The notes under the pieces: generated by a model
The model's database searches: none
What the model saw: the letters and a program-made list of their open reading frames with translations, nothing else
What the model was told of the DNA's origin: nothing
NCBI RefSeq assembly: GCF_047971185.1
Contig: NZ_JBKDZH010000031.1
Span: 1,415 to 33,414 of the forward strand
DNA length: 32,000 nucleotides
From: Kluyvera sp.
Lineage (GTDB): Bacteria; Pseudomonadota; Gammaproteobacteria; Enterobacterales; Enterobacteriaceae
Direction of reading: 5' to 3'
In this document: one piece after another, positions 29,661 to 32,000 of the stretch
How the letters are laid out: each line of letters opens with the position of its first letter
Position numbering within the stretch: position 1 is the stretch's first letter
Position numbers and translations under genes: made by a program

Positions 29661-31682
29661 TTATGATTTTTTTGCCTTCGCCAGCATTTCACGAATGTTG
29701 GCGACGTTCGCCTGCCCTTTGTGCATCCGTTCTTCGGCGGTAATCACCTTCCGCTCCTGCTCCCAAATCACATCATCCTGCGGCAGTTCCAGCAGGAAGC
29801 GGCTTGGCTCCGGGCGCACCAGCTCGCCGTACTGACGGCGCTCCTTGCAGAGGGTAAAAATCAGCTCTTTCTGCGCGCGGGTAATGCCAACGTAGGCCAG
29901 ACGGCGCTCTTCATCGACGTTGTCTTCGTCGATGCTGCTCTGGTGCGGCAGCAGCCCCTCTTCCATCCCTACCAGGAAGACGTACGGGAACTCCAGCCCT
30001 TTGGAAGCGTGCAGGGTCATCAGCTGCACCTGATCCAGTTCTTCTTCGCTTTCGCCGCGCTCCATCATGTCGCGTAGCGTGAAGCGAGTGACCACCTGAG
30101 TCAGGGTCATTGGCTCTTCCAGCTCGCTGCCTTCCAGCATCTCTGTCATCCAGCTAAACAGCGTGTTGACGTTCTTCATGCGCATTTCAGCGGCTTTCGG
30201 GCTAGGCGAGGTTTCAAACAGCCAGGACTCGTAATCAATGCCGTGAATGAGATCGCGCACGGCGGCAATCGGTTCGCGCTCCGCGAGCCGCTGAATTTCC
30301 CCCAGCCACTGGGTAAAGCGGGTCAGCGATTCATAGCCGCGCCCGGTGAGCGTCTGGCTCAGGCCCATATCAAAGCTGGCGGTGAACAGGCTCTTGTTGC
30401 GAGTCATCGCCCATTCGCCGAGCTTTTGCAGCGTCGCGGGGCCAATCTCACGCTTCGGGGTGTTGACGATGCGCAGGAACGCGCTGTCGTCATCCGGGTT
30501 GCTGAGTACCCGCAGGTAAGCCAGCAGGTCTTTAATCTCCGGACGCGAGAAGAACGAGGTGCCGCCGGAGATTTTGTACGGGATGCGGTTCTGCATCAGG
30601 AATTTTTCAAACACCCGCGACTGGTGGTTGCCGCGATACAGAATCGCGTAGTCCTTATACTGCGTCTTGTTAACGAAGTGGTGGGCAATCAGCTCACCGG
30701 TAACGCGCTCGGCTTCGTGCTCTTCATGATTGGCGCTGAGTACCTTCAGCTCCGGGCCGTAGCCCAGTTCAGAGAACAGGCGCTTTTCAAACACGTGCGG
30801 GTTATTGGCAATCAGGATGTTCGCCGCCTTCAGAATACGTCCGGAGGAGCGGTAGTTCTGCTCCAGCTTGATCACCTGTAACGCCGGAAAATCCTGACTC
30901 AGCAGCACCAGGTTTTGCGGACGCGCACCGCGCCACGAGTAGATGGACTGGTCATCGTCACCCACCACGGTAAAGCGTGCGCGTTGACCCACCAGCAGCT
31001 TCACCAGCTCGTACTGGCTGGTGTTGGTATCCTGATATTCATCCACCAGCAGGTAGCGGATTTTGTTCTGCCAGCGCTCGCGCACTTCTTCATTACGCTG
31101 CAGCAGCAGCGTCGGCAGCAGGATCAGATCGTCGAAGTCCAGCACGTTGCAGGCCTTCATATGCGCATCGTACAGACCGTAGCAGTGGGCGAAGATACGA
31201 TCCCGCTCGCCCTTCGCGCTGGCCGCCGCCTGCGCCGGGGTCATCAGATCGTTTTTCCAGTTGGAGATCGTCGAGATCAGCTGCTGGAACACCACTTTAT
31301 CGTCTTCGATCAGCCCTTCGGTCAGCTCCTTGAGCAGCGCGGTCTGGTCGGTATCGTCAAACAGCGAGAAGTTCGACTTCATCCCCAGCGCCGCATACTC
31401 GCGCTTGATGATATCCAGCCCCAGGGTGTGGAAGGTTGAAATCATCAGCCCGCGCGCTTCTTTGCGCCCCAGCGTTTGCGCGACACGCTCTTTCATCTCG
31501 CGCGCGGCCTTGTTGGTAAAGGTCACGGCGGCAATATGGCGCGCCTGATAGCCACAGGCGTGGATCAGGTGGGCGATTTTGTTAGTGATCACGCGAGTCT
31601 TACCGGAACCCGCGCCCGCCAGCACCAGGCAGGGTCCGGTGACGAATTCGACGGCTTGTTGTTGTCCGGGGTTCAAACGCAT
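29661..31682 (-). CDS. rep: ATP-dependent DNA helicase Rep (SF1, UvrD/Rep family)
   Basis: 673 aa from the ATG at 31682 ([31 protein letters not shown]...), the same length as E. coli Rep, with motif I GAGSGKT and motif II VDEYQDT. The track starts 5 codons earlier on a TTG at 31697. Confidence 0.94.
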   Translation of the reverse strand: MRLNPGQQQAVEFVTGPCLVLAGAGSGKTRVITNKIAHLIHACGYQARHIAAVTFTNKAAREMKERVAQTLGRKEARGLMISTFHTLGLDIIKREYAALGMKSNFSLFDDTDQTALLKELTEGLIEDDKVVFQQLISTISNWKNDLMTPAQAAASAKGERDRIFAHCYGLYDAHMKACNVLDFDDLILLPTLLLQRNEEVRERWQNKIRYLLVDEYQDTNTSQYELVKLLVGQRARFTVVGDDDQSIYSWRGARPQNLVLLSQDFPALQVIKLEQNYRSSGRILKAANILIANNPHVFEKRLFSELGYGPELKVLSANHEEHEAERVTGELIAHHFVNKTQYKDYAILYRGNHQSRVFEKFLMQNRIPYKISGGTSFFSRPEIKDLLAYLRVLSNPDDDSAFLRIVNTPKREIGPATLQKLGEWAMTRNKSLFTASFDMGLSQTLTGRGYESLTRFTQWLGEIQRLAEREPIAAVRDLIHGIDYESWLFETSPSPKAAEMRMKNVNTLFSWMTEMLEGSELEEPMTLTQVVTRFTLRDMMERGESEEELDQVQLMTLHASKGLEFPYVFLVGMEEGLLPHQSSIDEDNVDEERRLAYVGITRAQKELIFTLCKERRQYGELVRPEPSRFLLELPQDDVIWEQERKVITAEERMHKGQANVANIREMLAKAKKS

Positions 31683-31798
31683 AGGGGGATTGCTCAATCT
31701 GTAAACACGGGGGTGTGGATTGTAGCAGAAAGTCAGGCTGAGATTTACCCGTCAAATGGTAAAGTGTTCGGCAGAGATCCTTTGATGAGAATAACCCT

Positions 31799-32000
31799 AT
31801 GGCGAAGAGCGCGGCAGCCCTGCACATCCTGGTAAAAGAAGAAAAACTGGCGCTGGAGATCCTCAGCAAGCTGGAGCGCGGCATCAGCTTCGATCACCTG
31901 GCAAAACGCTACTCACGCTGCCCTTCAGGGCGTAACGGCGGCGACCTCGGCGAATTTAAACAGGGAATGATGGTGGGGCCATTTGATGCCGCCGTATTCA
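31799..32000 (+). CDS. ppiC: Parvulin-type peptidyl-prolyl cis-trans isomerase C, N-terminal ~67 codons (runs off the right edge of the window)
   Basis: Not in the track because it is truncated. ATG GCG AAG AGC... = [67 protein letters not shown]. This is the parvulin fold signature, divergent from rep as in E. coli. Confidence 0.9.
   Translation, partial: MAKSAAALHILVKEEKLALEILSKLERGISFDHLAKRYSRCPSGRNGGDLGEFKQGMMVGPFDAAVF

Overview
This window is a conserved Enterobacteriaceae core-chromosome segment. Gene order and gene lengths match the E. coli K-12 cyaA-ppiC region as I recall it, and the GC-rich coding sequence suggests a Klebsiella/Enterobacter-like genome. The order is cyaA (partial, -), hemCDXY (+), the sRNA GlmZ (-), aslA (+) and aslB (-), the tRNA operon argX-hisR-leuT-proM (-), and yifK (-). 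Next comes the complete 12-gene enterobacterial common antigen (ECA) cluster wecA-wzzE-wecB-wecC-rffG-rffH-wecD-wecE-wzxE-wecF-wzyE-wecG (-). It ends with rho (-), trxA (-), rhlB (+), gppA (+), rep (-) and ppiC (partial, +). I see no mobile elements, CRISPR arrays, integrases, defence-like cassettes or lineage-specific insertions, and no evidence for a novel multi-gene system. The one real anomaly is an in-frame TAA in the normally essential gene rho. It sits where other enterobacterial Rho proteins have Lys326 and is followed directly by the ATG of Met327. A second Lys-to-Asn change lies 10 codons downstream. Four things are missing from the ORF track: GlmZ, four tRNAs, and the two edge-truncated genes cyaA (TTG start) and ppiC. 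The track takes the longest ORF, so it over-extends the starts of hemC, hemX, aslB, wecG, wzyE, trxA and rep; I give corrected starts. All homology statements rest on my recall of E. coli sequences and on motifs visible in the translations. No database search was run.
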